Positions 51,690 to 64,000 of a stretch of DNA of 64,000 bases are shown here, piece by piece (the first letter of the stretch is position 1; the number at the start of each line of letters is the position of its first letter). The translations under genes and the position numbers were made by a program. Origin of the DNA: Squalus acanthias (Eukaryota); assembly GCA_030390025.1 (NCBI GenBank), contig CM059427.1, positions 148,118,001-148,182,000 on the forward strand, written 5' to 3'. The notes under the pieces were generated by a model. That model made no database searches. It was given only the letters and a program-made list of their open reading frames with translations, and was not told where the DNA came from.

Positions 51690-52010
51690 CGGTAGCCTAG
51701 TGGTTATCGTATGCATTAGCATCCCAGAGGTTGTGTGTTCAAGTCCCATCATAGCACGTTGTGAAATTGAATTCTATATATTTGATAATTGGTGGGCTGA
51801 CACCAGAACAATTACCATAAAAGCTGTTGGATTGTTGTAAAAACTCAACTGGTTCACTATGTCCTTCAAGGAAGGGAACTTGCTACCAGGTCTGGCCTAC
51901 ATGTAAATCCAGTTGCATGTTATATGGTTGATTGTTAATGCCCCCAGGGCAACTAGTGTTGAGCAATAAATGCTGCCTTACCAGTTTTGCCTACATTCCA
52001 AGAACAAATT
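51690..52010 (+). mobile_element. tRNA-derived SINE
   Basis: GGTAGCCTAGTGGTTA head, GTTCAAGTCCC B box, and a GCAATAAATGCTGCC tail shared with the LINE at 57.9 and 59.4 kb. Confidence 0.7.
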
Positions 52011-52164
52011 TAAACAGATTTAGATCCATTGATATCCTGTCCACAAAGTAGGGAATGCATTGAGTGACAGCAAGTTAAAATTCAGATGTGAATTTGTACT
52101 ATTGTACAGAGAGATGGTAAATAAATGAACAACAATTAGATTTGCAATTAGTTTTCATTTTGCC

Positions 52165-52565
52165 AATTTCTCTTCTCTTGAAAGAAATTTCTCCTGCTCG
52201 GCTTCATGTCCATGTGTACCAGATGGCCTTTGATAACTTAGTCAAGTGGCCATTCTCCATGCGTGAGCCTAGACAGTGAGTCTTGGCAAGTAATTTGACC
52301 ATAGGGAGCATCAGAGCCAAGCCCAATCCTGTCCTCATTTGAGAATCACACCTGTGCACTTTCCAGAAAAGGTCACAAGAGAGCAATCAGGAGTGGGAAC
52401 CATGGCTGATTTTACAGTCCCTAGCCCAGGGACACTGAGAGCAAATGTAATATCTCTACTGTCATTGCACCTGTGTTCAGCTATCTCACTACAGAGTGGG
52501 ATCACACCTGGGATCTTCTGCTATGGCTCAATTACACATTGCCTTTAGCAACTGAGCCATTGGAA
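52165..52565 (-). mobile_element. AmnSINE2-like SINE
   Basis: CAAGTGGCCATTCTCCATGCGTGAGCCTAGACAGTGAG and further segments are the reverse complement of the 5.3-kb family. Confidence 0.7.
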
Positions 52566-52949
52566 GGCGAGCTGAGTTGCAGTTAGCATAGAATTGTCAG
52601 TGTGAGCAATAGTCTATCTTACTGCAGAATTGATTTAAAAGTGGAAATATCTATTTAGCAGCTTCCCTTTAAACAGGATAACAGCTATTTAATTTATAGT
52701 TGCTTCCTCTTTTTTTCTTCTGTAGGTCAGTTTGAGCTATGTTTCACTCCCTATCAAAGAAGGTGGGCAGCCAACTGAATCCTGGTCCGTACCACTGCTG
52801 TTCATTAACCAGCATTTAGGGTGTATAAAAGTGCCCCAGAGTAATTTACGTGATGATCTTTCATCCTTCATATGGGGAAGAGGCAGCCAATGATCTGGCT
52901 TTGATCTTGTGAAATGACAAACACAGTTCTATGGTTAATTCTCTGGACA

Positions 52950-53482
52950 ACTCCCACTCTGACCTCTCTGTTTTCGGCCTCCTACACTGTTCTAGTGATG
53001 CTCAACAGAAGCTCGAGGAACAGCACCTCATCTTTCGATTAGGCACTTTACAGCCTTCCGGACTCAACACTGAGTTGAACAATTTCAGATCATTACCTCT
53101 GCCCCCATTTTTTCAGACGCCAGCTGTACTGATGATTCTGCTATTCTCATTTACATTTCCTCTAGACCCATCTTTTGTTTCTTTATTTGTCCCATTACCA
53201 TCTCCTTTTGCCTTGCACCATCATCCCTTTTGTCATTTAATCACTCCTGCCTTCCACCCTATCACAGTCCCTCCCTTTAGTTCTTTCCTCCCCTCCCCTT
53301 TCCCTGCCACTGTACTTGCTTAAAATCTGTTACATCTCTAACTTTTTCCAGTTCTGGTGAAAGGTCATCGACCTGAAACGTTAACTCTGCTTCTCTCTCC
53401 ACAGATGCTGCCTGACCTGCGGAGTATTTCCAGCATTTTTTTTTATTTCAGATTTCCAGCATCCGCAGTATTTTGCTTTTTT
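52950..53482 (+). mobile_element. Penelope-like element, family B: GIY-YIG endonuclease C-terminus plus terminal repeat
   Basis: SVFGLLHCSSDAQQKLEEQHLIFRLGTLQPSGLN matches the PLE endonuclease end (E...I..L.TL.P.GLN). Hammerhead-like motif at 53350-53386 with the core mutated to CUGGUGA. Confidence 0.85.
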
Positions 53483-53544
53483 ATGGTATTGTATGTTGAC
53501 ACAGTTATCCATTATACCATCTTTTATAAAATACTTTAAAAAAA

Positions 53545-54272
53545 TTAATTCACAGGATGTGGGCATCACTAGCAAGGCTGGCATTTATTGCCCATCCCTA
53601 CTTGTCCTGATTTGATACAATTGAGTGGCTTGCTAGGCCACTTCAGAGGACAATTAAGAGGCAAGAGGCAACCACATAGATGTGGGACTGGAGTCACATA
53701 TAGGTCAGTAGATTTGCTTCCCTAAAGTACATTAGTGAAACAGTTGGATTTTTACGACAATCCTAAGCTTCATGGTTCCAGATTTCTTTCACTGAGTTCA
53801 AATTCTTAATCTGTTACGGTGGGATTTGAACTAATTTCTCTCTAAATTACTAGTCCAGTAACATAACCACTATGCTACCGTAAAAGATTGGATAGGCTAG
53901 GGTTGTTTTCTTTGGACAGAAGAGGCTGAGAGAAGATTTAGTTGAGGTGTATAAAATTATGAAGGGCCTAGATAGAATGGATAGGAAGGGCCTATTTCCC
54001 TTAGCAGAGAGGTCAATAACCAGGGGGCATAGATTTAAAGTAATTGGTAGAAGGATTAGAAGGGAGTTGAGGAGAAGATTTTTCACCCAGAGGGTGGTGG
54101 GGGGTCTGGAACTCACTGCCTGAAAGAGTGGCAGAAACCCTCATTGCATTTAAAAAGTACTTGGATATGCAATTGAAGTGCCGTAACCGACATAGCTACA
54201 GACCAAGAGCTGGAAAGGGGCAACAGGCCAAATGGCCTCCTTCTGTGCCGTAAATTTCTATGATTCTATGTA
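53545..54272. mobile_element. tRNA-SINE (minus, 53545-53880) adjacent to a CR1 3' fragment (plus, 53882-54272)
   Basis: SINE head (reverse complement GGTAGCATAGTGGTTATG). CR1 C-terminus RGHRFKVIG...FFTQRVV and (ATTCTATG) tail. Confidence 0.8.
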
Positions 54273-57200
54273 ACTCACATTAATGCAAGGTCACAATGGG
54301 AATGATGTCTTTTTTTCTCTCGATCACATTTGGAGGCTGCTGAAAAATACCACTTGTAGATACGACAGCCTTTTTAACTCACCTTAACCGCAGCAGCTGC
54401 CTTCCAGCTCTATGTCTATGTGCTGATCACAGGGACCTCTTGAAGATAAGGCCGAACACAGAGAGAAAAAAAGTCTTTAGCAAACAATTTACTGGGTTAC
54501 AAAAGAAAGTTTGTAAGGAAGAAAACAACTTTAAAACAAGTTTGTACACTAATAAAATAAGTAAAATATACTGACTGCTGGACAATAATAGACATATTTA
54601 AAGAAAATTGCAGGGTAGCGGGACATTATTCTGGGCAGAAGAGTAGTTTACATTGTGCAAACATTTCAGAGCTTTATTTGTGTGTTTTATGATTTTCTCA
54701 GCAGGTGTCTTGCTTTACTCAGTAGAATTTACAATTGGCAGTTCAGTCCCGCACAAAGTTATATCACTGCTTCCAAACTTTTAAACATTTCCAATTAAAG
54801 TGGTCAAAACATTGTAATGAAGCTTCAAATTATACATCATTTGTAATTTTATGAAGTGCTATTATTTTGTAATGTGAACTTTTGTTTTGTAATATCTATT
54901 TAATAATTTGGCAAACTGTAGATATGGCTGCAGTTAGTAAAACTAAATGTTTCCTTATCGCAGATATGGACATAATTGTATTAGAAAAAGGTTCTGGAGT
55001 ACGGATAATTGAAACATGCGCCATGTCCTTTAACAAGCCAAAAAAAAAACTAGCCAACCCTACATTAAAGAGGACATTGCACTCCACTATAGTATAATCA
55101 GGCATATACAACTACTACTTCTGAAATTCAAATATAGCTTTAAAAATGTGAGCTTTTACAAAGAAAAATTGATTATTAGAATCAAGTACTTTAATGCTGG
55201 AACAGGAACTTCAAACTGGTTAAAGCAAGCTTGCATGCTTCATTCATTATTATAATTTTTAAATATTATTTACAGGTATTTCCCATAATGGGAAATGTAA
55301 ACATTTACCACAATTTACGCCCAGTATCAGTAACAAACACTCCCAAGTCAGGATTAGCATGAATCAGATGCAGACGAAAGCTCCCTTTACTCCGCCCAAT
55401 TAATAGGACTTGACTGCACCCTCAGCACAGCAACTCCTACTAAACAAATATATTTCCATGCCCTGTGCCTATCATCCCTGTGGTCTCAGTCAGACTGTAT
55501 TGCAAGCTGGGCAGGGGGATGACTTCAGCTTTTCTGATCAAAGTATATTATTGGGGCCCCTACAATTCTGAAAACTATACAAAACATTCAGGGAAATCAG
55601 AGTCTCTGGACAAATTTGGAGACCATAGGCCACCGCCTACTCCACTTACCCTGAAAAATAACCCTGGTTTTAAGGTCTGCCAAAAACCACAATTTAAATC
55701 CTGAGCTGAGGATAAAAACTGAAACAAAACAAGTTTTGAGCTTATCTTGCTTGGTGAGCTGATCTCAACATTTAATTGCTCACTCATTGACTTTACTAAG
55801 ACATTTGATAAACGCTCAAGCAATAGATAAAACATCTTTCTTAAATTACTCAATCTACCAAGGTTCTGAACAAACTTCAGCCTCAATGATATAAATTTTT
55901 AATGTAATCTCCATTCAAGCAAAGAACAAGGGTTCACATATGGGAGTAATTATTATAGCTTAAGTTTTATTTTTCCTTCGCAGCACAATCTTTATTACCC
56001 AGAAAGGAACAGTTTTTAATCCAGAACATAGTCCATTTCAAAAGGAAATGAAACTGTTCATCCCACAATTCTCCTGCCTTTCTCCTGAAGGCATTGACTT
56101 CTTGTTGAAGTATAGTTCACAGATGCCACTCATCCTCCAGTACCTTACCAAGAGTTTGTATGTGTGAGCCTTGTCAACGAGCTATTTCGCAGTAGAGCTT
56201 TCACACCCCAATCTGTTTCCTTAATCCAAAGGAGGTTATGGGCACCCATTCTTAGCTTTTTACCATCTATTCCTCCTCCACAGCGATGGGAGATAGAGTA
56301 GGGAGTTAACAAGCAGGAGAAGGAGCCCAGAAATGTCTTCCTTGTTGACTATGATGATGAGGAAGAGAAAAAGGAGTCCATGGAGCAATATTATGCCCTA
56401 TTCTCTCCTGTCCCAACCCCTGCAATGTCACTCCCTGTGTCACTTACATTTACCAGTTCATATATTGTCACCCGGAAAGGGGGTGGGGGTGGGGAGGCGA
56501 ATTAGACCGTGTTAGTGAGCAAGTGGCACTGGGTGATTCACAAAGCACGAAGAACTGGAGAAGTGGGTGAGCATGCGCCACCTTCCCAACAAAGAGTTGT
56601 GAGACCCAGAACTCCTGAGTTCTCACCTAAAAAGGAGGATGTTTGGGAACATTGCACCTACGTGCAGGCTGTGAGGTCAGTCACTAAGTAACTGCCGCAA
56701 CTGACAGCTGTGACTCTAGAGTCTAAGGCGTCAATTGTGGCAATGTAATGTAAGCTTCTTCTTCATTGCAGACATCAATGAAGGAATCAGAAGCTTCATT
56801 GGAATCTGTGACAGCTCCACACCGCAGCCCAGGATCAGTTGGTGACTCCACCTCCATTGAAGCATTGCTGACCTGGTGACGCTAGAAAACAGATTAGAAA
56901 GTGCCCTGTGTACCAGCTTTCAGAAACTGTTGTCTCATAGGGCTTTCAGGATCTGATAGCTGCCATTAGACAAGACAGCCCATTGATCAGTGGGGACAAG
57001 GATCCAGGGTCCACTACGATGGAGACGGCTGGACACAGCCTACATGAGACTGCTATTTCTCACGACAGCTGCACATGCTAGGCATCCGGCCTTCCCATCA
57101 AAGCACCATGCAAGTGGCACACAGACTACCAAGGCACAAGTTCCAGAGATGCAGCTAGCACCAGCTCCCTCTCAGGACCAAACTGTCACAAGAAAGGGCC

Positions 57201-57857
57201 ACCTCAGTCCCATGAGCCTTTTGTGCCACAAGAACAGCCGACCATCTTGTGATACTGGCCCTCAGATTGTACCTGAGAGAAGCAATAGAATAGATGAAAG
57301 AAAGACACATTTACACACCCAGGGCAAGCACGGTGTAACGAAAGAGTAGGATGACTTATATTCACTTTTGTGTAGTGAAGGAGAATGTGCACTTAATTTG
57401 TGTTCAGCTATTCACAGAGATTATAGTCATACAGAAAAGGGTGCACTTATGTTGTGTTCAGTTATTTATTCAAATTATGTCGATTTGCATGGTCAATTAA
57501 GACCAAAAAGGTCTGATGTACAGCTCTCGTGTAGCTCCAGAAAACTCCTCAAAGTTTCTTCAAGCTCGAGGCTCCAAAGTAAAGCACTTCTAGCAGTCTC
57601 ACTGATGCTGGCAACAGGTACACCTCTTTTAACCCTTAGTGCAATGGGAGTGCAAGTCATGGGTTCTGTGCTGTCCATTGTTGGCCATTCTTATTATAAT
57701 ATATTATAAGGAGCTCCCAGCAGCATCGGCAAGCACAAAAATGGAAGGCCCAAATCATGATAGAAACTGCTACCATTGTGGGGTGGAGACCTGACAAAAA
57801 TAGGCCCCGCCCGAGAACCCATCCAGAAAATTAGAGGTATGCAGCTTTTAGTGTGAA

Positions 57858-58228
57858 CATCCACCCCCTCCACCACTGGTATACTGTGGCTGCAGTGTGT
57901 ACTATCTACAGGATGCACTACAGCAACTCGGGCAAGGCTTCCTCAGCAGCATATCCGAAACTCAAGACCTCTACCACCCAGTAAGACAAGAGTAGCAGGT
58001 GCATGGGAAAACCATCAACTCCAAGCTCCCCTCCAAGTGGACGTACATCACCATTCCTTCATTGTTGCTGGGTCAAAATCCTGGAACTCCATACCTAACA
58101 GCATTGTGGGAACACCTTCACCACACGGACTGCAAGAAGAAGGGCACCACCACCTTCTGAGGAAATTAAGGATGGGCAATAAATGCTGGCCTTGCCAGCG
58201 ACACCCATATCCAAAGAATAAAAAAAAA
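57858..58228 (+). mobile_element. Non-LTR retrotransposon 3' fragment (clade not assigned)
   Basis: Homologous to 59425-60110 in opposite orientation; translation AGSKSWNSIPNSIVG. Confidence 0.75.
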
Positions 58229-59424
58229 ATCTCACCAGAAATAGCAAGTAAATTCAGGGCATCAATTTTTTTTTTTTACTTATTTGCTCTGAGGCCACAT
58301 ATATAATCTTCCCCTTACAGCCATCCTCCTTCAATTGTTCCTCAGTAGCTGAGTGGATGGGCAGTTCAGCTGGTTGAATTTCAGCACTAGGCATCCCTCA
58401 ACTTGCAGCTATGATTACAGTTTTGAGAACAGGAAGTGTTGCCATGATCATTCTAAATATCAAACTTTGTCTTTTACCCTTAATGCAAAAAGACGTCTCC
58501 AGAAACCAATTAAAGTTTGACCGAATAAATCTCTTATCATTTTAATAAAAGCCTTGCTCATAAATAAATGTTTCTCAGTGGGAATGAAAAGAATTTAACA
58601 GGCTTAAGTTATGACCAGTCATTGAAATAACTTTTTCTACAGTGTTCAGTCAATTACTTGTATATAAATTTGTCGCATACCTTTCCAATAAATTAATTGT
58701 AGATGTTTTCTCCTTCAGAACAATTTTACAGAAAGCAGCTTTGTTATCATCTCTCTTTTGTTCCATGATCATATTTATATTTAGTGGGAACTGCTACTTT
58801 CCAAACAATTTACACTGACTAGACTGAAAGCCCTATAAAATCAAGTTACTAATTTATATCTCATACAAACAAAATTCAAAGAGATTGGCCAGGAGATTCC
58901 TTAGAGCTGATGCTGCTCTGCCAGCATTACCTCACCGAAAGTGCAGGATTTACACCGGCGAAGTGGGAGCAGCTCCGAGGAATTTCTCAGTCAATGTTTG
59001 CCAGTTACCCAGTATCAGGCATTAACTACATTCACAAGGTCACTAGCAGCCTTTACCATCATTGATTACATCACTTTGCTTACCAGTGGCCGAATTACAC
59101 CAAAATCACAAGGTTCAATGAATTTTCAATTAACTTTATTTCATGTACTTGCTTCATTTTCTTCACTTTTCTCCCCTTCTTTGAAAGCACTGATTTAGGT
59201 CGAAGTAGTCTTCTGCTATTTCACTGAGGTGACTATTCTTCTGATGTGAGCTCAGATTACAAGTGTCAGCAGGCTACTCTTCTGTAGGGCCCATCACAGT
59301 TGAGCCTGATCCTGTACTATCGAAGTGTTTGCTGAAGTGGACATGCTGCTACGTGAGGTGGGCACAAGGAAGGTACCTTACTTAGCAAACATTAAACAAG
59401 GGTTTGATTATTTCTTATATTTCT

Positions 59425-60110
59425 TTTATTCATTCATGGGTTGTGGGCATTGCTGGCAAGGCCAGCATTTATTGCTCATCCCTAATTACCCTTGAGAAGG
59501 TGGTGGTGAGCCCCCTACTTGAACCCGTGCAGTCCGTGCATTGAAGGTACTCCCACAGTGCTGTTAGACAAGGTGTTCTAGGATTTTGATCCAGCAACGA
59601 TGAAGGAATGGCAATATATTTCCAAGTCAGGATGGTGTATGACTTGGAGGGCAACTTGGAGGTGGTGGTGTTCCCATGCACCTGCTTCCCTTGTCCTTCT
59701 AGGTGGTAGAGGTCACGGGTTTGAGAGGTGCTGTCGAAGAAGCCTTGGCGAATTACTGCAGTGCATCTTGTAGATGGTACACATTGCAGCCACGGTACAC
59801 CGGTGGTGGAGGGAGTGAATATTTAAGGTGGTGGATGGGGTGCAAATCAAGCAGACTGCTTTGTTCTGGATGGTGTCGTGCTTCTTGAGTGCTGTTGGAG
59901 CTGTACTCATCCAAGCAAGTGGAGAGTATTCTATCACACTCCTGATTTGTACCTTGTAGATATGGTGGAAAGGCTTTGGGGAGTCAGGAGGTGAGACACT
60001 CGCCACAGAATACCCAGCCTCTGACCTGCTCTTGTAGCCACAGTACTTATGTGGTTGGTCCAGTTAAGTTTCTGGTCAATGGTGACCCCCCAGGATGTTG
60101 ATGGTGAGAG
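59425..60110 (-). mobile_element. Non-LTR retrotransposon 3' fragment (clade not assigned)
   Basis: GVTIDQKLNWTNHI and YKVQIRSVIEYSPLAW...IHSLHHR, which are post-RT ORF2 motifs. Confidence 0.8.
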
Positions 60111-60785
60111 ATTCAATAATGGTATTGTAGTGCCTCTCCCCCACTTGTCCACAGACTTTATTTTGCGCCTCCACTTTGACTTTTCCTTCTTTTCGGCCTT
60201 GCCCACACCCCCTCCCGCCCCACCGCACACCCCTGTCTTTGCAAATTTTGCCAACTCCAGGACACTATCCCCAGAGGTCCTGCAACAAGAATTTAGGGAG
60301 TTAGGTAACAGATTAAAAAGCAGAACCTCAAAGGTTGTAATCTCTGGATTACTCCCGGTGCCACGTGCTAGTAAGTATAGGAATAAGAGGATAGAGCAGA
60401 TGAATGCGTGGCTAAAGAGTTGGTGCAGGAGGGAGGGCTTTAGTTTCCTGGATCACTGGGTCTGCTTCTGGGGAAGGTGGGACCTGTACAAGTCGGACGG
60501 GTTGCACCTGAACCGGAACGGGACCAACATTCTTGCGGGGAGGTTTGCTAGTACTGTTGGGGGGGGTTTAAACTAACTTGGCAGGGGGATGGGATACGGA
60601 GTGGAGCTATAGTAGGGGGTGATGCACAGCCAAATATAGAGGAAAAAACAAGTCAGCCTGGAAGGCAGAGCAAATATGTAACGGCACAAGGGAGTATGGC
60701 AAGGCTGGATGGCATTTATTTTAATGCAAGGAGTCTTGCGAGTAAGGCAGATGAATTGAAGGTGTTGATGAACACATGGGAGTAT

Positions 60786-61004
60786 AAAAATGAGAAGTCG
60801 CACAACACCAGGTTATAGTCCAAGAGTTTTATTTGAAATTACGAGCTTTCGAAGCGCTGCTCCTTCGTCAGGTACAGTCACTTTACCTGACGAAGGAGCA
60901 GCGCTCCGAAAGCTCATAATTTAAAATAAAACTGTTGGACTATAACCTGGTGTTGTGCGACTTCTCATTTTTGTCCACCCCAGTCCAACACCGGCATCTC
61001 CGCA
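60786..61004 (+). mobile_element. Fold-back Penelope-like insertion, family A, inside the CR1 endonuclease domain
   Basis: 89-bp inverted arms (60786-60874 / 60884-60972, 4 mismatches) plus a tail. 12-bp TSD ACATGGGAGTAT (60774-60785 and 61005-61016). Removing the insert restores NTWEYDIVAVTETWL. Confidence 0.88.
60838..60920. ncRNA. Divergent pair of minimal hammerhead ribozyme motifs, one per strand
   Basis: Plus strand: UUAC-CUGACGA-A-GGAGC-AGC-GCUCC-GAAAGCUC-AUAA. Minus strand: UAC-CUGACGA-A-GGAGC-AGC-GCUUC-GAAAGCUC-GUA. Confidence 0.65.
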
Positions 61005-64000
61005 ACATGGGAGTATGATATTGTTGCTGTCACAGAGACATGGTTGAGGGAGGGGCAGGACTGGCAGCTCAATATTCCGGGGTATAGAATCTTCAGGCGA
61101 GACAGAGGTGAGTGTAAAAGAGGAGGGGGTGTCGCAATATTAATCAAGGAGTCAATTACTGCTGTAAGGAGGGATGATATCTTAGCAGGTTCCTTTAATG
61201 TGGCCATATGGGTAGAACTCAAAAACAAAAAGGGGGCAAGCACTTTGCTGGGAGTGTACTATAGGCCCCCAAACAGTCAGGGGGAGATAGAGGAATAGAT
61301 ATGTCGGCAAATCTCAGAGAAGTGTAGAAATAATAGGGTAATAATAGTAGGGGATTTCAACTTCCCCAATATTAACTGGGATAGTCAGAGTGTGAAAGGC
61401 TTAGAGGGTGCGGAATTCTTAAAGTGCATCCAGGAGAGCTTTTTGAGCCAGCATGTAGAAAGTCCTACAAGAGAGGGGGCGATACTGGACCTAATTCTAG
61501 GGAATGTAGCCGGGCAAGTGGTAGAAGTGTTAGTAGGAGAGCATTTTGGTGACAGTGACCATAATTCGGTGAGATTTAAGGTAGCCATGGAAAAGGACAA
61601 AGATGGACCGGAAATAAAGGTTCTAAATTGGGGGAAGGCCGATTTTAATATGATAAGGCAGGATCTAGCCAAAGTGGACTGGGATCAGCTACTTGTAGGA
61701 AAATCCACATCAGAGCAGTGGGAGTCTTTCAGAAAGGAAATAGAGAGAATACAATGGCAACATGTTCCCGTAAAGGTCTAGGGTGGGACCAACAAGCCCA
61801 GGGAACCCTGGATGTCAAGGGATATACGAGAATGGATTAGGAAAAAAAGGGAGGCATTTGGCAGATACAAAGGACTAAAAACAGTGGAAGCCCTAGAGGA
61901 GTATAGAAAGTGCAGGGGAGTACTTAAAAAAGAAATTAGGAGAGCGAAGAGGGGGCATGAAATAACACTGGCGGGCAAAATAAAGGAAAATCCCAAGGTG
62001 TTTTATAAGTATATTAAGGGCAAGAGGATAACCAGGGAAAGAGTAGGGCCCATTAGGGACCAAAGTGGCAATCTGTGTGTAGAGCCAGAAGATGTAGGTG
62101 GGGTTTTAAATGAATATTTTGTATCTGTGTTCACTATGGAGAAGAACAATGTAGGCATAGAAATCAGACAGGGGGATTGTGATATACTTGAACAAATTAG
62201 TATTGAGAGGGAAGAGGTACTAGCGGTTTTAGCGGGCTTAAAAGTGGATAAATCCCCAGGCCCAGACGATATGTATCCCAGGCTGCTGTGTGAGGCAAGG
62301 GAGGAGATTGCAGGGGCTCTGACACAAATTTTCAGAACATCTCTGGCCACAGGGGATGTGCCAGAGGACTGGAGAACAGCTAACGTAGTACCATTATTCA
62401 AGAAGGGTAGTAGGGATAAACCAAGGAATTATAGGCCAGTGAGCCTAACATCAGTGGTAGGGAAATTATTGGAAAAAATTCTGAGGACAGAATTAGTCTC
62501 CACTTGGAGAGGCAAGGATTAATCAAGGATAGTCAGCATGGCTTTGTCAGGGGGAGATCATGTCTGACCAATTTGATTGAATTTTTCGAGGGGGTGACTA
62601 GGTGTGTGGAGGAGGGTAGTGCAATTGATGTGGTCTACATGGACTTCAGTAAGGCATTTGACAAAGTCCCACATGGGAGACTGGTCAAGAAGGTAAGAGC
62701 CCATGGGATCCAGGGCAACTTGGCACATTGGATCCAAAATTGGCTTAGTGGCAGGAGGCAGAGGGTGATGGTCGAAGGTTGTTTTTGTGACTGGAAGCTT
62801 GTGTCTGGTGGTGTACCGCAGGGATCGGTGCTGGGTCCTTTGCTGTTTATAGTTTACATTAATGATTTAGATATGAATGTAGGAGGTATGATCAGTAAGT
62901 TTGCAGATGACACGAAAATTGGTGGGGTGGTAAATAGCGAGGAGGGAAGCCTCAGGCTACAGGACGATATAGACAGGTTGGTCAGCTGGGCAGAACAGTG
63001 GCAAATGGAATTTAACCCTGAAAAGTGTGAGGTGATGCATTTTGGGAGGACAAACAAGGCAAGGGAATACACAATGAATGGTAGGATCCTAGGAAGGACA
63101 GAGGATCAGAGGGACCTTGGTGTGCATGTACATAGATCCCTGAAGGCAGCAGGACAGGTAGATAAGTTGGTTAAAAAGGCATATGGGATACTTGCCTTCA
63201 TTAGCCGAGGCATAGAATATAAGAGCAGGGAGGTTATGATGGAGCTGTACAAAACACTAGTTAGGCCACAGCTGGAATACTGTGTGCAGTTCTGATTGCC
63301 ACACTATATGAAGGATGTGATTGCATTGGAGAGGGTGCAGAGGAGATTCACCAGGATGTTACTTGGGCTGCAGCGCTTCAGCTATGAAGAGAGACTGGAC
63401 AGGCTGGGGTTGTTTTCCTTAGAGCAGAGAAGGCTGAGGGGGGACCTGATTGAGGTGTACAAAATTATGAGGGGCATAGATAGGGTAGATAGAAAGTAAC
63501 TTTTCCCCTTAGTAGAAGGGTCAATAACAAGGGGGCATAGTTTCAAGGTAAGGGGCAGGAGGTTTAGAGGGGATTTGAGGAAAAACTTTTTCACCCAGAG
63601 GGTGGTTGGAATCTGGAACTCACTGCCTGAAAGGGTGGTAGAGGCAGGAACCCTCACAACATTCAAGAAGCATTTAGATGAGCACTTGAAACGCCATAGC
63701 ATACAAGGCTACGGACCAAGTGCTGGAAAATGGGATTAGAATAGACAGGGCTTGATGGCCGGCGTGGACACGATGGGCCAAAGGGCCTCTTTCTGTGCTG
63801 TATAACTCTATGACTCTATGACTCTGTGACAGTAGTGCAGTATTGCTAGGAGGAAGTTGCAGCCAGACTCAAAGCAATCTACAATATCTGGACCAAATTG
63901 CAACAGATACAGGAGAAGAAAGCAAACATTAAGGAATCCAGCAAGATAAAACAGCCCAATAGATGGCCCAAGATTCCATGCCACAAAATATTATCTGCTA

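Larger units (their letters stand above)
60255..63830 (+). mobile_element. Near full-length young CR1 LINE: ORF1 C-terminus (SGNH esterase-like) and disrupted ORF2 (APE endonuclease + RT)
   Basis: ORF1 ...DGLHLNRNGTNILAGRF. ORF2 YFNARS, TETWL, GDFNFP, SDH, NYRPVSLTS, DFSKAFDKVPH, GVPQGSVLGP, FADD. Stops at 61298, 61781, 63295 and 63499, a frameshift near 62490, and an (ACTCTATG)n tail. Confidence 0.95.

Noticed and set aside
60577-63700. CR1 ORF2 as an active or domesticated RT gene
   Set aside because: It has multiple stops, a frameshift and an insertion in the endonuclease domain.

Overview
This is eukaryotic, AT-rich vertebrate DNA. The repeat content (CR1 and L2 LINEs, DeuSINE-, LF-SINE- and AmnSINE2-like SINEs, Penelope-like elements, PIF/Harbinger MITEs) points to a cartilaginous fish, probably a shark; this is an inference. 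The only host protein-coding gene I can support is msx2 on the minus strand: two exons, CDS 18586-18211 and 17502-17078, 266 aa, with a 708-bp intron. It lies in a ~14-kb stretch with no recognisable transposon and with retained CpGs. That stretch holds candidate Wnt (TCF/LEF), BMP (Smad) and homeodomain regulatory modules and a possible spliced non-coding transcript. The rest is intergenic DNA with nested transposons. The most notable non-genic signal is a set of minimal hammerhead-ribozyme motifs in five Penelope-like insertions from two families, supported by covarying helices. Two of these insertions are ~200-bp fold-back palindromes with target-site duplications. Two CpG-rich ~760-bp Harbinger MITEs carry promoter motifs and splice donors oriented toward msx2. 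Repeat family names were recognised from memory and their boundaries are approximate unless a TSD or TIR is quoted.
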